The notes: generated by a model from the sequence alone, not told the origin. Positions 39,563 to 49,082 are shown, numbered from the stretch's first letter. The stretch is DNA of 64,000 nucleotides from an uncultured delta proteobacterium (GCA_963724765.1 CAVRVY010000004.1:1120001-1184000), one strand, 5' to 3'. Numbers and translations are program-made.

Positions 39563-40345
39563 ATGAAAACGAAACGATCTTCACGAGCAAACGGATTGGC
39601 TATGTCGCTGGGACTGCTGGCAGGGGCCGTCCTTCTGACCAGCGCACTGTTCGCCTGCTCAGCCACCAGTCAGGGTCAGGTTGCGCTGCAACAGCCGACA
39701 CCGACCGGAGGCAGCGCTCCGACCGGTGCGGCCCAATTCCTGGGGAGTGACGCTGCGCTGCTTCAGCCCGGGGCCGAGGGCCAGGCCGCCTTTGTGTACA
39801 TCAACCCCAACGTGCAGTGGAGCAACTACAAAAAGGTCCTGCTGAAGCCCGTGGAGTTCTGGGACACTCCCAACTCGAGCGTCTCTCCTGACGACCAGAA
39901 GATGCTGACCTCGTACTTTTACAATTCGCTGCAAAAGAACCTGCAGCAGAATTTCACCCTGGTCGATCAGCCGGGGCCCGGAGTGATCACCGTCGCGGTC
40001 GCGATTATAAATGCCGAAGGGGCCACCCCCGGTTTGCGATCGGTCTCCCTGGTCATTCCGCAGGCTCGCATATTGAATTACGCGCAATCGCTTGCGACCG
40101 GCCACGCCGCCTTCGCCGGGTCCGCCGAAGCGGCTTTCAAGGCCACGGATTCGAGCACCGGCATATTGTTGGCGGAGTCGGTGGACAAGCGCGTCGGTGG
40201 CATGGCAGTGGCCAACGCGGCGCAGGTGCAATGGGGCGACGCCGAGGCCGCCATGGACTATTGGTCGCAAAAGATCACGCAGCGCGCGGTCGCGCTCGGA
40301 GCGGGCACTCCGGCTGCCGCCGCACCGGCCCCAGCGAGCAACTAA
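39563..40345 (+). CDS. DUF3313-like lipoprotein
   Basis: Lipobox LFAC; YINP..WSNYKKVLLKPV, LVDQPGPG, DSSTG.LLA..VDKR, WGDAEAAMDYW. Confidence 0.8.
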   Translation: MKTKRSSRANGLAMSLGLLAGAVLLTSALFACSATSQGQVALQQPTPTGGSAPTGAAQFLGSDAALLQPGAEGQAAFVYINPNVQWSNYKKVLLKPVEFWDTPNSSVSPDDQKMLTSYFYNSLQKNLQQNFTLVDQPGPGVITVAVAIINAEGATPGLRSVSLVIPQARILNYAQSLATGHAAFAGSAEAAFKATDSSTGILLAESVDKRVGGMAVANAAQVQWGDAEAAMDYWSQKITQRAVALGAGTPAAAAPAPASN

Positions 40346-40523
40346 TCAGGACATGGGAGAATCGAAATCCGACCGACGCCGGGAAGGATCGAATGCAGGT
40401 TTTCGCTCGCTCTACGACATCTAGTGTTTTACTGTTTGGATCCGAATAGATTCTTACTTAACTACTCATACCCAGATGCCTGCTCTTCCGACTCGGAACA
40501 TCGGGGCAAATGAAAGGAGACCG

Positions 40524-41165
40524 ATGATGAACGTAAAAACATCTTGTTCTCATGCGCTGCTGATATTTGCGGGCGCGACGTTCGGAGGATTTCTGTGTGG
40601 CCATGTATGGCCCAGCGATTCTTCGGCGATGGCGGCTACGCGACATCCCAAGACCATCACAGCCGAAAAGTTCATCATGGTCGACAGCAACGGCAAGCGG
40701 CGCGGCGCGATGCAGGTGTCGGAGGACGGGATGGCGACGGTCTCGCTCAATGACGCCGACGGCAGAGACCGAGCCGAATTGCGAGTCGGCCCAGAAGGCA
40801 GCGCCGGCCTGGGCTTCTTCGATCAGAAAGGGCACGAACTCGCGGTCTTCGGCGAGGGCACCGATGGAAATTCCGGTGTCAAGCTCTTCGGCCCCCAGGG
40901 CAAGGAGGTCGCGGCCTTTGGATCGCTGCCGACGGGCGAGAGCGCTCTTACCCTGTACGATGCGAACACCGGCCGGGCGCGCGCCGGATTGGGAGTCGCG
41001 GCAAAGGGCGAGCCAGCGCTGGTACTACTTGACCAAAGCGGCGCGGACCGGGCGGAACTCAGCTTGCGAACCGACGGCAGATCCGGTTTGGCTCTGCTCG
41101 ATGGGCAGGGCAAGGTCATCGCCGGACTGCCGGAAATTCAATCCAACGCCGGATCGAACCAGTGA
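40524..41165 (+). CDS. Exported hypothetical protein with about 23-aa beta repeats
   Basis: AAAGGAGA RBS; signal/TM; six repeats like LxLxDxxGxxRAxL....DG. Confidence 0.7.
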   Translation: MMNVKTSCSHALLIFAGATFGGFLCGHVWPSDSSAMAATRHPKTITAEKFIMVDSNGKRRGAMQVSEDGMATVSLNDADGRDRAELRVGPEGSAGLGFFDQKGHELAVFGEGTDGNSGVKLFGPQGKEVAAFGSLPTGESALTLYDANTGRARAGLGVAAKGEPALVLLDQSGADRAELSLRTDGRSGLALLDGQGKVIAGLPEIQSNAGSNQ

Positions 41166-41175
41166 GGGCCCAAGC

Positions 41176-41556
41176 GTGACACCTGATAGCAAGATCGGAC
41201 AGAACGCCGGGCGGCGTATGCGAATCGCGGGTGCCGCAATGCTGGTCGCTTGCGCATTCCTGTTGAACGCCTGCTCCGGACAGCCGCTCTCCACACGCGA
41301 GAAGGGTGCCGCCTACGGCGCGGTCGGCGGCGCGGCGACCGGCGCGATAATCGGCGCATTCACCGGCAATCCCGGCGCCGGTGCGGCAATCGGGGGTGGT
41401 CTGGGTCTGCTCGGCGGCGCGTTGATCGGCAACTCGATGCAGAATCGGGAGCACGAACAGGCTCAGACTCAATCGCAGATTCAACAGCAGCAGCGTGAGA
41501 TTCAACGCCAGCAGTACGAGATTCAGCAGCTGAAGAATCAGCAAGCGAGCCAGTAG
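41176..41556 (+). CDS. Glycine-zipper lipoprotein with Gln-rich coiled coil
   Basis: LNAC lipobox; LSTREKGAAYGAVGGAATGAIIG; start may be ATG 41218. Confidence 0.8.
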   Translation: MTPDSKIGQNAGRRMRIAGAAMLVACAFLLNACSGQPLSTREKGAAYGAVGGAATGAIIGAFTGNPGAGAAIGGGLGLLGGALIGNSMQNREHEQAQTQSQIQQQQREIQRQQYEIQQLKNQQASQ

Positions 41557-41826
41557 ACTGTATGCCTGGCGCCGAATGAGTTTCGCGCCGCTGAATAAGA
41601 GATCGAGCTCGAAGATGACCCGGGCCTATCGCGCCGTCACGCTCTGAATTCCCCTCCCGTCAGTGATTCCAAAACTAATCAAGGGAAACGTGATCGAGTA
41701 GTAGCGAGGAACTCGACCTGCACGCGGACATTGAATCACCGCGGGACTGCTGGCCTCTAATGGGCCTACGTTTTGGTGGTTCTCCGAGCGCCTGGCGGCA
41801 TTCGCCGGGTAGCGGCTAAAACGAAA

Positions 41827-41861
41827 CAGGCTGCATCGCGCCAATGCGACGATGCAGCCTG
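41827..41861 (-). terminator. Intrinsic terminator candidate
   Basis: 12-bp stem CAGGCTGCATCG/CGATGCAGCCTG followed on the minus strand by TTTCGTTTT, 30 nt after the 41891 stop. Confidence 0.65.
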
Positions 41862-41890
41862 GCAATTTTCGCGAGCGCGTTGATTTCTAT

Positions 41891-42250
41891 CTAGTAGCCG
41901 TACCGGCCATAGTTGCCGTACCCGCCATATCCGCCATACCCGTACTCCTGATTCTGCATGTGATTGCCGATCAGGTAGCCAACACCGGCACCGCCGAGGC
42001 CGCCAATCGCGGCGCCAGCAAGAGGAGCACCAACTGACGATCCAACCAGCGCACCACCTCCGGCGCCCACCGCCCCGCCGATCAACGTGCCTTCCGCGCG
42101 TGTGCTAAGCGGCGGACCGTAGCATCCGGCCAGCGAAAGCGTCGCGACCAGCGCAAGAGTTCCAGCGCAGTATCGCCAGATCTTCCGCCCCTTCAATTGG
42201 CTCGAGCTCTGTTTCCCGGACGCACTTGCCATAAACTTTCCTGCATCCAT
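41891..42250 (-). CDS. Glycine-zipper lipoprotein with GY-rich tail
   Basis: GGAGGAG RBS; LAGC lipobox; LSTRAEGTLIGGAVGAGGG; YGYGGYGGYGNYGRYGY tail. Confidence 0.78.
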   Translation of the reverse strand: MDAGKFMASASGKQSSSQLKGRKIWRYCAGTLALVATLSLAGCYGPPLSTRAEGTLIGGAVGAGGGALVGSSVGAPLAGAAIGGLGGAGVGYLIGNHMQNQEYGYGGYGGYGNYGRYGY

Positions 42251-42294
42251 ACTCAGCTCCTCCGATTATCAGGTACGAAAAGTCTGCGGTCCGG

Positions 42295-42775
42295 TTACAA
42301 AGAGAGAATCCAGCCTATGCGGTGACAGCGATATTTGCCCACGATTCGTGAGACTTTCCGGCCCAAAATCGCGTCCAGACAATCGGGGCGAGGGTGATTG
42401 TGAAAAGTTCTTTTGCGCGCCGGCGTCAAGCGCCGCGCGCCGGTGCGAGGCCCCGCCTTCCACGCGGTCAGGCCGCCGTCGGACGGGCAATGTCCGTACT
42501 CATCAGGTTCGTCCGAGAACGCCTCCACCAACTCCTCCCTACCGTCGCCGTCGAGGTCGGCCAGTTCTACATGGGCGCCACGGCAGGCTCCAGGGTACGC
42601 AGGCGGAGGCGTCTTCTCGCGCGTGAAAGATCCCTTGCCATTGCCGAGAAAGACCAAGGTTTCGCCGGTCGTGGTGAGCGCGACCAAATCCTTGTGTCCG
42701 TTGCCCTCGAGCCGCTCCCAGAGCAGCCGGCCGCGGCTCTCCCCGGCCTCGAGCACGTCCGCAGCCTCGTACGGA
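42295..42775 (-). pseudogene. C-terminal fragment of an FG-GAP/VCBS-repeat protein
   Basis: GNGHKDLV, VFLGNGKGSF, LADLDGDGREELV; 5' part replaced by lower-GC repeat region. Confidence 0.6.
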
Positions 42776-42799
42776 CAGGGCACTGATACATCCTGAGGA

Positions 42800-43058
42800 G
42801 CACTATTCATAAATGCCGTTTGAGGTAGTGACATTTCCAAATCAGCGGGCGCCACGCAACACGCCTCGGCCTCGAGAAGCGTACCGCTCTCATAAGCAAG
42901 ACTAGGCTGTTCGGAAAGAAGTTTTGAGGGCGATAGAATAGCCACGAGTGATCGGCATTACGTAAAAGCCCGATCAACTCCTCCCAGCTATTCTCTGACG
43001 CGAGACCGCGGGAGCATGACTACCTAATGGGCACTACTCATAAATGCCAGTTGAGGTA
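42800..43058. repeat. Direct repeat A (28 bp, 2 copies)
   Basis: GCACTATTCATAAATGCCGTTTGAGGTA (42800-42827) vs GCACTACTCATAAATGCCAGTTGAGGTA (43031-43058), 25/28. Confidence 0.85.
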
Positions 43059-43921
43059 AGTCCGTCGCGGCTAGGCTGGACGGCGTTTCGTTTGCTCGAA
43101 TTCCCTGGCCGCCAGCGTGAGACGTTGATAGAAGGTCGCGCCGAACCCGGCCTCGATAGCCATTCGGCATTCGATGAACATCCGGTCGCCCTGCTCGGCT
43201 CGCAGGCAGGGGAGCTCCGAATCTTTCTCACGTCCGAACAGGGATGAGGTCTCGCGCGATGTGGCGGTCAGCAGAATCTCGCCATTCTCGAACCGGTAAA
43301 TGACGATCGGAAAAAGCACGCAGGCGAGCGGCTTGATCGAGGGCACAGGAACACCCTTTTCCAGTGCCAGCGAATGAATTCCGCAGCGCAACTGGCCACC
43401 GCCGTCGCGGTAGGAAAACGCACAGCGCCCCTTCTCCTTGACCAACGAGATCGTATGCGAGTCTTGGAAGAATTCGGCGATACTGCGTCCGGGCGTGACT
43501 CGCTCGCCGTCGTGGCGGCGGAGCAATTCGATCACGGCGTCGGCGTTCTCGACGATTCGCGCGTGCTCCTCGGGCGTAATCTCGACGTCGTAGTCGGTAC
43601 AACAGGATTCGATACCGGGGCCTCGATCGATTCCCGCGCAGGTTCGGGTATCGCAGCGAAAATGAGTCTTGAACAGCGTTCCGGCGTCGACCCTGATGCC
43701 GTCGACATCGGCCAGCAGTCCGCGCTCCTCGAGCGAGCGCAGGTACCTGCGCCAGGGGGCCTCGTTGAAGTCACGCAGCCATCGCTCGGCCAGCGGAGTC
43801 AGATCGGCAGCTTTGTTCGCGTCCATTTACCCCTCTCGCGGGCCTCAAGTTCCGTCGAGGCAGGTTCGATCATCACGGTGACATTTCCAAATCAACGGGC
43901 CGTGCGCAATACGAGTCGGCC
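42828..43921. repeat. Direct repeat B (23-bp core, about 44 bp extended, 2 copies)
   Basis: GTGACATTTCCAAATCAGCGGGC (42828-42850) vs GTGACATTTCCAAATCAACGGGC (43878-43900), 22/23; similarity runs on to TCGGCC. Confidence 0.85.
43071..43826 (-). CDS. DUF3109-like Cys-rich putative metal/Fe-S protein
   Basis: FRCD..TC, SCC, CAF, CGIHSLA, KPLACVLFP. Confidence 0.72.
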   Translation of the reverse strand: MDANKAADLTPLAERWLRDFNEAPWRRYLRSLEERGLLADVDGIRVDAGTLFKTHFRCDTRTCAGIDRGPGIESCCTDYDVEITPEEHARIVENADAVIELLRRHDGERVTPGRSIAEFFQDSHTISLVKEKGRCAFSYRDGGGQLRCGIHSLALEKGVPVPSIKPLACVLFPIVIYRFENGEILLTATSRETSSLFGREKDSELPCLRAEQGDRMFIECRMAIEAGFGATFYQRLTLAAREFEQTKRRPA

Positions 43922-44002
43922 GCAAGTGCGCACAGGCGAAGCGCGGCGCATCTTTTGCGCCGGTTGCCTGGGCTCACGATCTTCTGCCAGATAGAGGGAT
44001 TG

Positions 44003-45199
44003 GTGAGCACAGCGCCCAAAATACCGGCCGACGCGCAGAAGACGGAGGGGGCCGACTACAAATCGATAGCTCTGCTTTCCGCCTGCCACTTCTCCGACGA
44101 CCTCAACCAGGGCGTCGTGCCGGCGATGCTGCCGTTTTTCATCGCGTCATATCATCTGAGCTACGCCGCCGCGGCCGGCCTGGTCCTCGCGCAGACCCTT
44201 TTTTCGTCGGTGGCCCAGCCCTTGTTTGGTCTGCTGGCGGATCGGCGGCCGTCGCCCTGGCTCATTCCGATCGGGCTGAGTTTCGCCGGCATTGGAGTCG
44301 CGCTCACGGGCCTGACGCACGCCTATGAACTGATTTTCGCCGCAATCGCCGCGAGCGGCCTGGGCGTCTCCGCCTTTCATCCGGAGGCCGCGCGCCGAGT
44401 CAGGTACCTCGGCGGCGCACGCGCGGCCACCTCGATGAGTCTTTTCACGGTGGGCGGGATGGCGGGTTTCGCGGCCGGCCCTGTTCTGATCACGCCGACG
44501 CTGATCGCCTTCGGCACTCGCGGCGCGGTGCTGCTCGCGTTGCCGGTCGTGATCATGTCGCTCGCGGTGACCTGGCAGTTGCCGCGCATCGCGGCCGAAA
44601 GCATTCCACGACATCATGGCGCCCAGCGGACCGCTTCGGCCGACGGCCGCGAGCAGTGGAGCGCCTTCGCGCGCCTCACGATCGTCGTGATGCTGCGTTC
44701 GATCGTGTTTTTCGGACTCAACACGTTCATCCCGCTCTATTGGTCCCACGTACTGCATGGGTCGGAAGCCGGCGGCGGCTACGCTCTGACCACGATGTTG
44801 AGTGCGGTGGTGGCCGGCACGCTCATCGGCGGGCGAATGGCCGATCGCTATGGCCGCAAAATCGTGGTCGTGGTGGCGCTGGCCGCGCTCGCGCCGTTGC
44901 TGTTCGTGTTCCTGGGCACGCACGGCCTGACCGCGGCGGGCTTGCTCCTCATTCCGGTCGGGATCGGGCTCGGGGCCCCTACCAGCGTGGTCGTCGTCAT
45001 GGCTCAGGAGTATCTGCCGGATCGGATAGGGTTGGCTGCGGGCGCGACGCTGGGGCTCTCGATGACGGTGGGCGGTGTGTTGATGCCGGCGTTCGGTGCG
45101 ATAGCCGATCATCACGGATTGCGCATGGCGATGACCCTGCTTGCGCTGGTACCCGCGCTGGGCTTCGCGATGAGCGTGACTTTGCACGAGCCCTCATAA
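44003..45199 (+). CDS. MFS transporter (Fsr-like)
   Basis: H..DDLNQG, QPLFGLLADR, AFHPEA, GGRMADRYGRK, AQEYLP. Confidence 0.9.
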   Translation: MSTAPKIPADAQKTEGADYKSIALLSACHFSDDLNQGVVPAMLPFFIASYHLSYAAAAGLVLAQTLFSSVAQPLFGLLADRRPSPWLIPIGLSFAGIGVALTGLTHAYELIFAAIAASGLGVSAFHPEAARRVRYLGGARAATSMSLFTVGGMAGFAAGPVLITPTLIAFGTRGAVLLALPVVIMSLAVTWQLPRIAAESIPRHHGAQRTASADGREQWSAFARLTIVVMLRSIVFFGLNTFIPLYWSHVLHGSEAGGGYALTTMLSAVVAGTLIGGRMADRYGRKIVVVVALAALAPLLFVFLGTHGLTAAGLLLIPVGIGLGAPTSVVVVMAQEYLPDRIGLAAGATLGLSMTVGGVLMPAFGAIADHHGLRMAMTLLALVPALGFAMSVTLHEPS

Positions 45200-45223
45200 C
45201 CCGCACCTGAACACGAGGCTCAC

Positions 45224-45688
45224 GTGACTCCTTTGCGCAATGGCGTCGATATTCTCGTACCTTTGGCTGTCGGCGCAGCAACGACCCTCGCCACGATCTT
45301 CATCCACGCGCTGGCCCTGATAACGATTGTCCACTTCGTCCGTCGCGAGCGAAGGCTTGGCTATGCCGGCGTCATCTTCTGGAAGGACGCGACCATCGTG
45401 GCCGCGGCAACGTCGGTGGCACTCGCCGCCCACTTGGTTGAGATAGCGGGATGGGCGCTGGTGTTCTTGCGATGCGGCGAATTCCGCGAATTCGCTGCGG
45501 CCTTTTATAGCTCCGCGGAAAACTACACGACGTTGGGCTACGGCGATGTGATCATGTCAGCTTCGTGGAGACTGTTGGGACCGCTCGAAGCTGCCGACGG
45601 GATGCTGATGTTCGGGGTGACAACCGCGATGATCTTCACCGTCATCCAGCGGTTGGTTCAAACCAGGCTCGGCGATTCACGCGCCTGA
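45224..45688 (+). CDS. Small potassium-channel-family protein
   Basis: Selectivity-filter motif TTLGYGD; WRLLGPLEA. Confidence 0.85.
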   Translation: MTPLRNGVDILVPLAVGAATTLATIFIHALALITIVHFVRRERRLGYAGVIFWKDATIVAAATSVALAAHLVEIAGWALVFLRCGEFREFAAAFYSSAENYTTLGYGDVIMSASWRLLGPLEAADGMLMFGVTTAMIFTVIQRLVQTRLGDSRA

Positions 45689-45798
45689 TGCGGAACCGGC
45701 GGGCCGTGTCGCGATGCGATCGTGACGCGACGCCCGGCGGCGTCCCCAGGGCGAGAACACCCTCACCCCAAGGACCCAAGGACGCCGCGGGAACGCTA

Positions 45799-47002
45799 TC
45801 AGCGAATCTTGTCGGTGAAGCGCGGCAGCACCTTGGTGGTCAACAGTTCCAGGGTGCGCATCGCCGCCTTTTGCGGTACCAACTCATTATATATGTAGGC
45901 CCAGAAATACTCGGCGGGCAGATCCTTGAACAGTTTCTCCAGCTTGCGCGACACCGTATCCGGGCTGCCGCAGATGGTCAGTCCGCGGTCGACCATCGAC
46001 TCAAACGTGTTCGGCACGTCCTTGTAGTTTTCTCCCGGGCCGGGCGATCGCGGCATTGAAGCCAAACGGCTCGAAGAACTTGGTCCAGATAAAGCAGCCG
46101 GCCTCGCGCGCGATCGCAATCGCTTCCTCGTCGGTATCGGCGACCACCATTTCGCGGGTGATGCCGATTCCCTGGCCGAAGCTGTACTTCTTGCCCACCT
46201 GCGCGGCGCCGTCCTGGCAGGCCTTGAACTGCCCGGTACATATCTCCTTGTCGCACACGATCGTGATGGGTACGACGTTGTGTTGCGCCGCCCATCGCAC
46301 CGACGACTCCGAGAAACTGAACGGCTGGAACAACGGCGGATGCGGCTTCTGGTAGGTTTCCGGCACCGTCCCGATCTCCTGCAGAATGCCCTTGTCGTCG
46401 ACGCCGCGGCCATACTTGCGAGTGACATTGTGCGCGGCCCAGAAAATGTTGGGCGGCGGTATCTGCCAGTGCTTGCCGTGATGGCTGAAGGTCGGGTTGG
46501 TCCACGCCTTCATGATGATCTCGAAGTGCTCTTCGTAGAGTTCCTTCTTGAGTTTTTCGTAGGCTTCGGGATCGGTCTGATTGTCCGCGAGTCCCTTGTA
46601 GTGCTGGCCGAGCGTATTGACCCATCGCGGCTGGTAGCCGCGCGCGAATCCGGCAAACGCCCTGCCCTTGGTTACCTGGTCGAGAATCGCGACATCCTCG
46701 GCGATGCGAATGGGATTGTGGCAAGGCAGGACCAGCCCCAGTTGTCCGACCCGCAGCCGTTTGGTCTGCATCCCGAGGTACATGTCGAGCAGGATCGGGT
46801 TGGTGGAAACCTCTTCGCCCTCGATATGAAAATGATGTTCGGTGAAGGCGACACCGTAGTAGCCATGCTCGTCGAGGTGACGGGCCTGCTCGCTCAGGTT
46901 GGTCAGCATCCGCTGGTAAAGGTCGGTGCGCCTGCCCGCCATCCCAGCGCTTATCTCAGCCTTGGTGCCGATGCTCGGCAGGTAAAATACGCCAACTTCC
47001 AT
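45799..47002 (-). pseudogene. Luciferase-like (LLM) flavin monooxygenase with +1 frameshift
   Basis: FTEHHFH, NPIRIAED, GFARGYQ, QKPHPP; extra base at CCCGGGA (about 46035) separates the ...GENYKD...ICGSPDTV C-terminus. Confidence 0.85.
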
Positions 47003-47253
47003 TTTGTCACCTCGCAAGGATCCGTTTCGCCGTTCTGGTCATCAGACTGTAGCCGAAATCGCGCCCGGACGGTATCGATACGCTGTCGCTTTTGGCCCGC
47101 GCGAACTGGCCGCCACCTGCCGCCGGCGCTCGATGATTGCGCGTTTCCACGCCCCGGCGCGCGACGCTGGCTTGACGGCCGCGACTGATCGTATCCTCAC
47201 GGCCGATGCTCGTGCGGTAGCCGGATTCACGGCGCGCCGTCAGGGAGGCTCAC

Positions 47254-48027
47254 ATGTCGATACGGCTTCGCCAGATCTGCCTGGTGGCGGCAAAGCTCGC
47301 TCCGGTGGTTGACGACTTCAAGGCCATCTTCGCGCTCGACGTCTGTTTCCAGGACCCCGCGGTCGCGGCCTTCGGCCTCGAGAACTCGCTGCTGCCGATT
47401 GCCGGCAACTTCCTCGAAGTGGTCGCACCGGTCAAAGAGAACACGGCTGCCGGACGCTACCTCAAGCGCCGCAACGGCGACGGCGGCTACATGATCATCT
47501 GCCAGTGCGATACGCACGAGACCCAGCTCGCGCGCAAAGCCCGCGCCGCCGCGCTCAACGTGCGCATCGCGTGGGAGCACGAGGGCAAGTCGTTTCACGG
47601 CCTGCAACTGCATCCGGCCGACACCGGGGGCGCCTTTTTCGAGATCGACTGGGACGCGATGGGAGAGCCCGAGGGCCATTGGATGCCCGCCGGCGGCAGC
47701 GAATGGGTCAGCCAGATGCACACCGACGTCGTCAAGTATTACAGCGCGGTTGAGCTGCAATCGGCCGACCCGCGCGGGCTCGCCGAGCGCTGGAGCAGCA
47801 TCGCCGAGATTGCGCTGCGCAAGGATTCCCAGGGGCGTTTCGAAATGCCGCTGGAAAACGCGAGCGTGCGTTTTGTCGAGGCGGCCGACGGCCGCGGCGA
47901 CGGCCTCGGAGGTATCGACGTCGCCGTCTCCGATCGCGCCCGCGTACTGGCGGCGGCCGCCGCGCGCGGACGCAGGACCGGCGACGACCAGGTGATGATC
48001 TGCGGGGTACGCTTCAACCTGCGTTAG
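47254..48027 (+). CDS. VOC/glyoxalase-like protein
   Basis: RLRQICLVA, FGLEN, FLEVVAP, GRYL.RR.GDGGYM, QLHP.D.GG. Confidence 0.85.
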   Translation: MSIRLRQICLVAAKLAPVVDDFKAIFALDVCFQDPAVAAFGLENSLLPIAGNFLEVVAPVKENTAAGRYLKRRNGDGGYMIICQCDTHETQLARKARAAALNVRIAWEHEGKSFHGLQLHPADTGGAFFEIDWDAMGEPEGHWMPAGGSEWVSQMHTDVVKYYSAVELQSADPRGLAERWSSIAEIALRKDSQGRFEMPLENASVRFVEAADGRGDGLGGIDVAVSDRARVLAAAAARGRRTGDDQVMICGVRFNLR

Positions 48028-48081
48028 CCTCCGCTCGATTCGCCGCTGCACGAGCGCGTCACGAGCGGACTCGGAGTAGTC

Positions 48082-48942
48082 ATGGCCAGCTTGCGTCAAA
48101 TGATTAGCGGCCCTTCGTTGATTGAAGCGCCGGTGGTGTTCAATCCGCTGAGCGCGAAACTCGCGCAAGCCGCAGGGTTTGCAGCGCTCTACCTCGGCGG
48201 CGGCGGCCTCGGCTACATCCAATGCGTCACCGAGGCCAACCTGACGCTTACAGAGATGGTGCGCATCGGGATCGACATCCGCACCGTGTGCCCGCTCCCG
48301 CTGATCCTCGACGGCGCGTGCGGCTGGGGCGATCCGATGCACCTGCATCGAACCATCAATATGGTCGAGGCGGCCGGCTTTGCGGGAATCGAGATCGAGG
48401 ACCAGCTCTTGCCCAAGCGCGCCCATCATCATATCGGGATCGAGCACATGATTGACGCCGGCCTGATGAGCGCGAAGATCCGCGAGGCCACCAAGGCCCG
48501 CCGCGACCCGGACTTCCTGATCATCGGGCGCACCAACGCGCTGCGCTCGAGCACGATGGACGACGCGCTCAGTCGGGCCGAGGCGTACCGCGCCGCCGGC
48601 GCCGACGTGCTACTGGTGATGGCGCATAAGGCCGAGCAATTCCGCCAGCTAGGCGAACGCCTGGGGCCGCCGCTGATGACGCTTACCAGCGATGGACAGT
48701 TGCGGAAAATGGGCCTGACGAAGGCCGACCTTGCGGCGCTCGGCTTCAGGCTACTGGTCGACGCGATGAGCCCGGTATTGCTGTTTCACAAGACGATGAA
48801 GCGATGCTACCAGGCGATCGCTAACGGGGAGTCGGCGAGCCTGTTTGCGCCGGAAGGGCTGGGACACGAGCAGAACGAACTCCATCAGACCATCGGCCTC
48901 GACGAGTTGCTCGCGATCGAACGCGAGACGGTAGAGAAATAG
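48082..48942 (+). CDS. Isocitrate lyase/PEP mutase family enzyme
   Basis: SAKLAQAAGF.ALY, ILDGACGWG, IEDQLLPKR, IIGRTN, AYRAAGAD. Confidence 0.88.
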   Translation: MASLRQMISGPSLIEAPVVFNPLSAKLAQAAGFAALYLGGGGLGYIQCVTEANLTLTEMVRIGIDIRTVCPLPLILDGACGWGDPMHLHRTINMVEAAGFAGIEIEDQLLPKRAHHHIGIEHMIDAGLMSAKIREATKARRDPDFLIIGRTNALRSSTMDDALSRAEAYRAAGADVLLVMAHKAEQFRQLGERLGPPLMTLTSDGQLRKMGLTKADLAALGFRLLVDAMSPVLLFHKTMKRCYQAIANGESASLFAPEGLGHEQNELHQTIGLDELLAIERETVEK

Positions 48943-48985
48943 CGCGTCGGGTTGTTTGACGCGGCCCGCGCCCTTCGCCACTGGC

Positions 48986-49075
48986 GAGAGACGCTTCTTC
49001 GCTCAGGATGATCCGCAGAGGCCGTTGGTCAGGATGACCTCATGTACGCAGCTTATTAATGAGACATTACACTAA
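48986..49075. repeat. Degenerate REP-like and IS-end-like remnants
   Basis: TCAGGATGA twice, plus AT-rich TTAATGAGACATTACACTAA, between convergent genes. Confidence 0.35.
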
Positions 49076-49082
49076 GCGCGGC

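Noticed and set aside
40567-41175. 329-aa ORF fused to the glycine zipper
   Set aside because: The upstream part overlaps the beta-repeat gene; the lipoprotein signal begins near 41176-41218
41626-41865. 79-aa minus-strand ORF
   Set aside because: Its start lies at a terminator hairpin, with no RBS or recognisable motif
42800-42850. dif/Xer site or integron attC
   Set aside because: No match to XerC/XerD arms or attC RYYYAAC/GTTRRRY symmetry, and no integrase in the window
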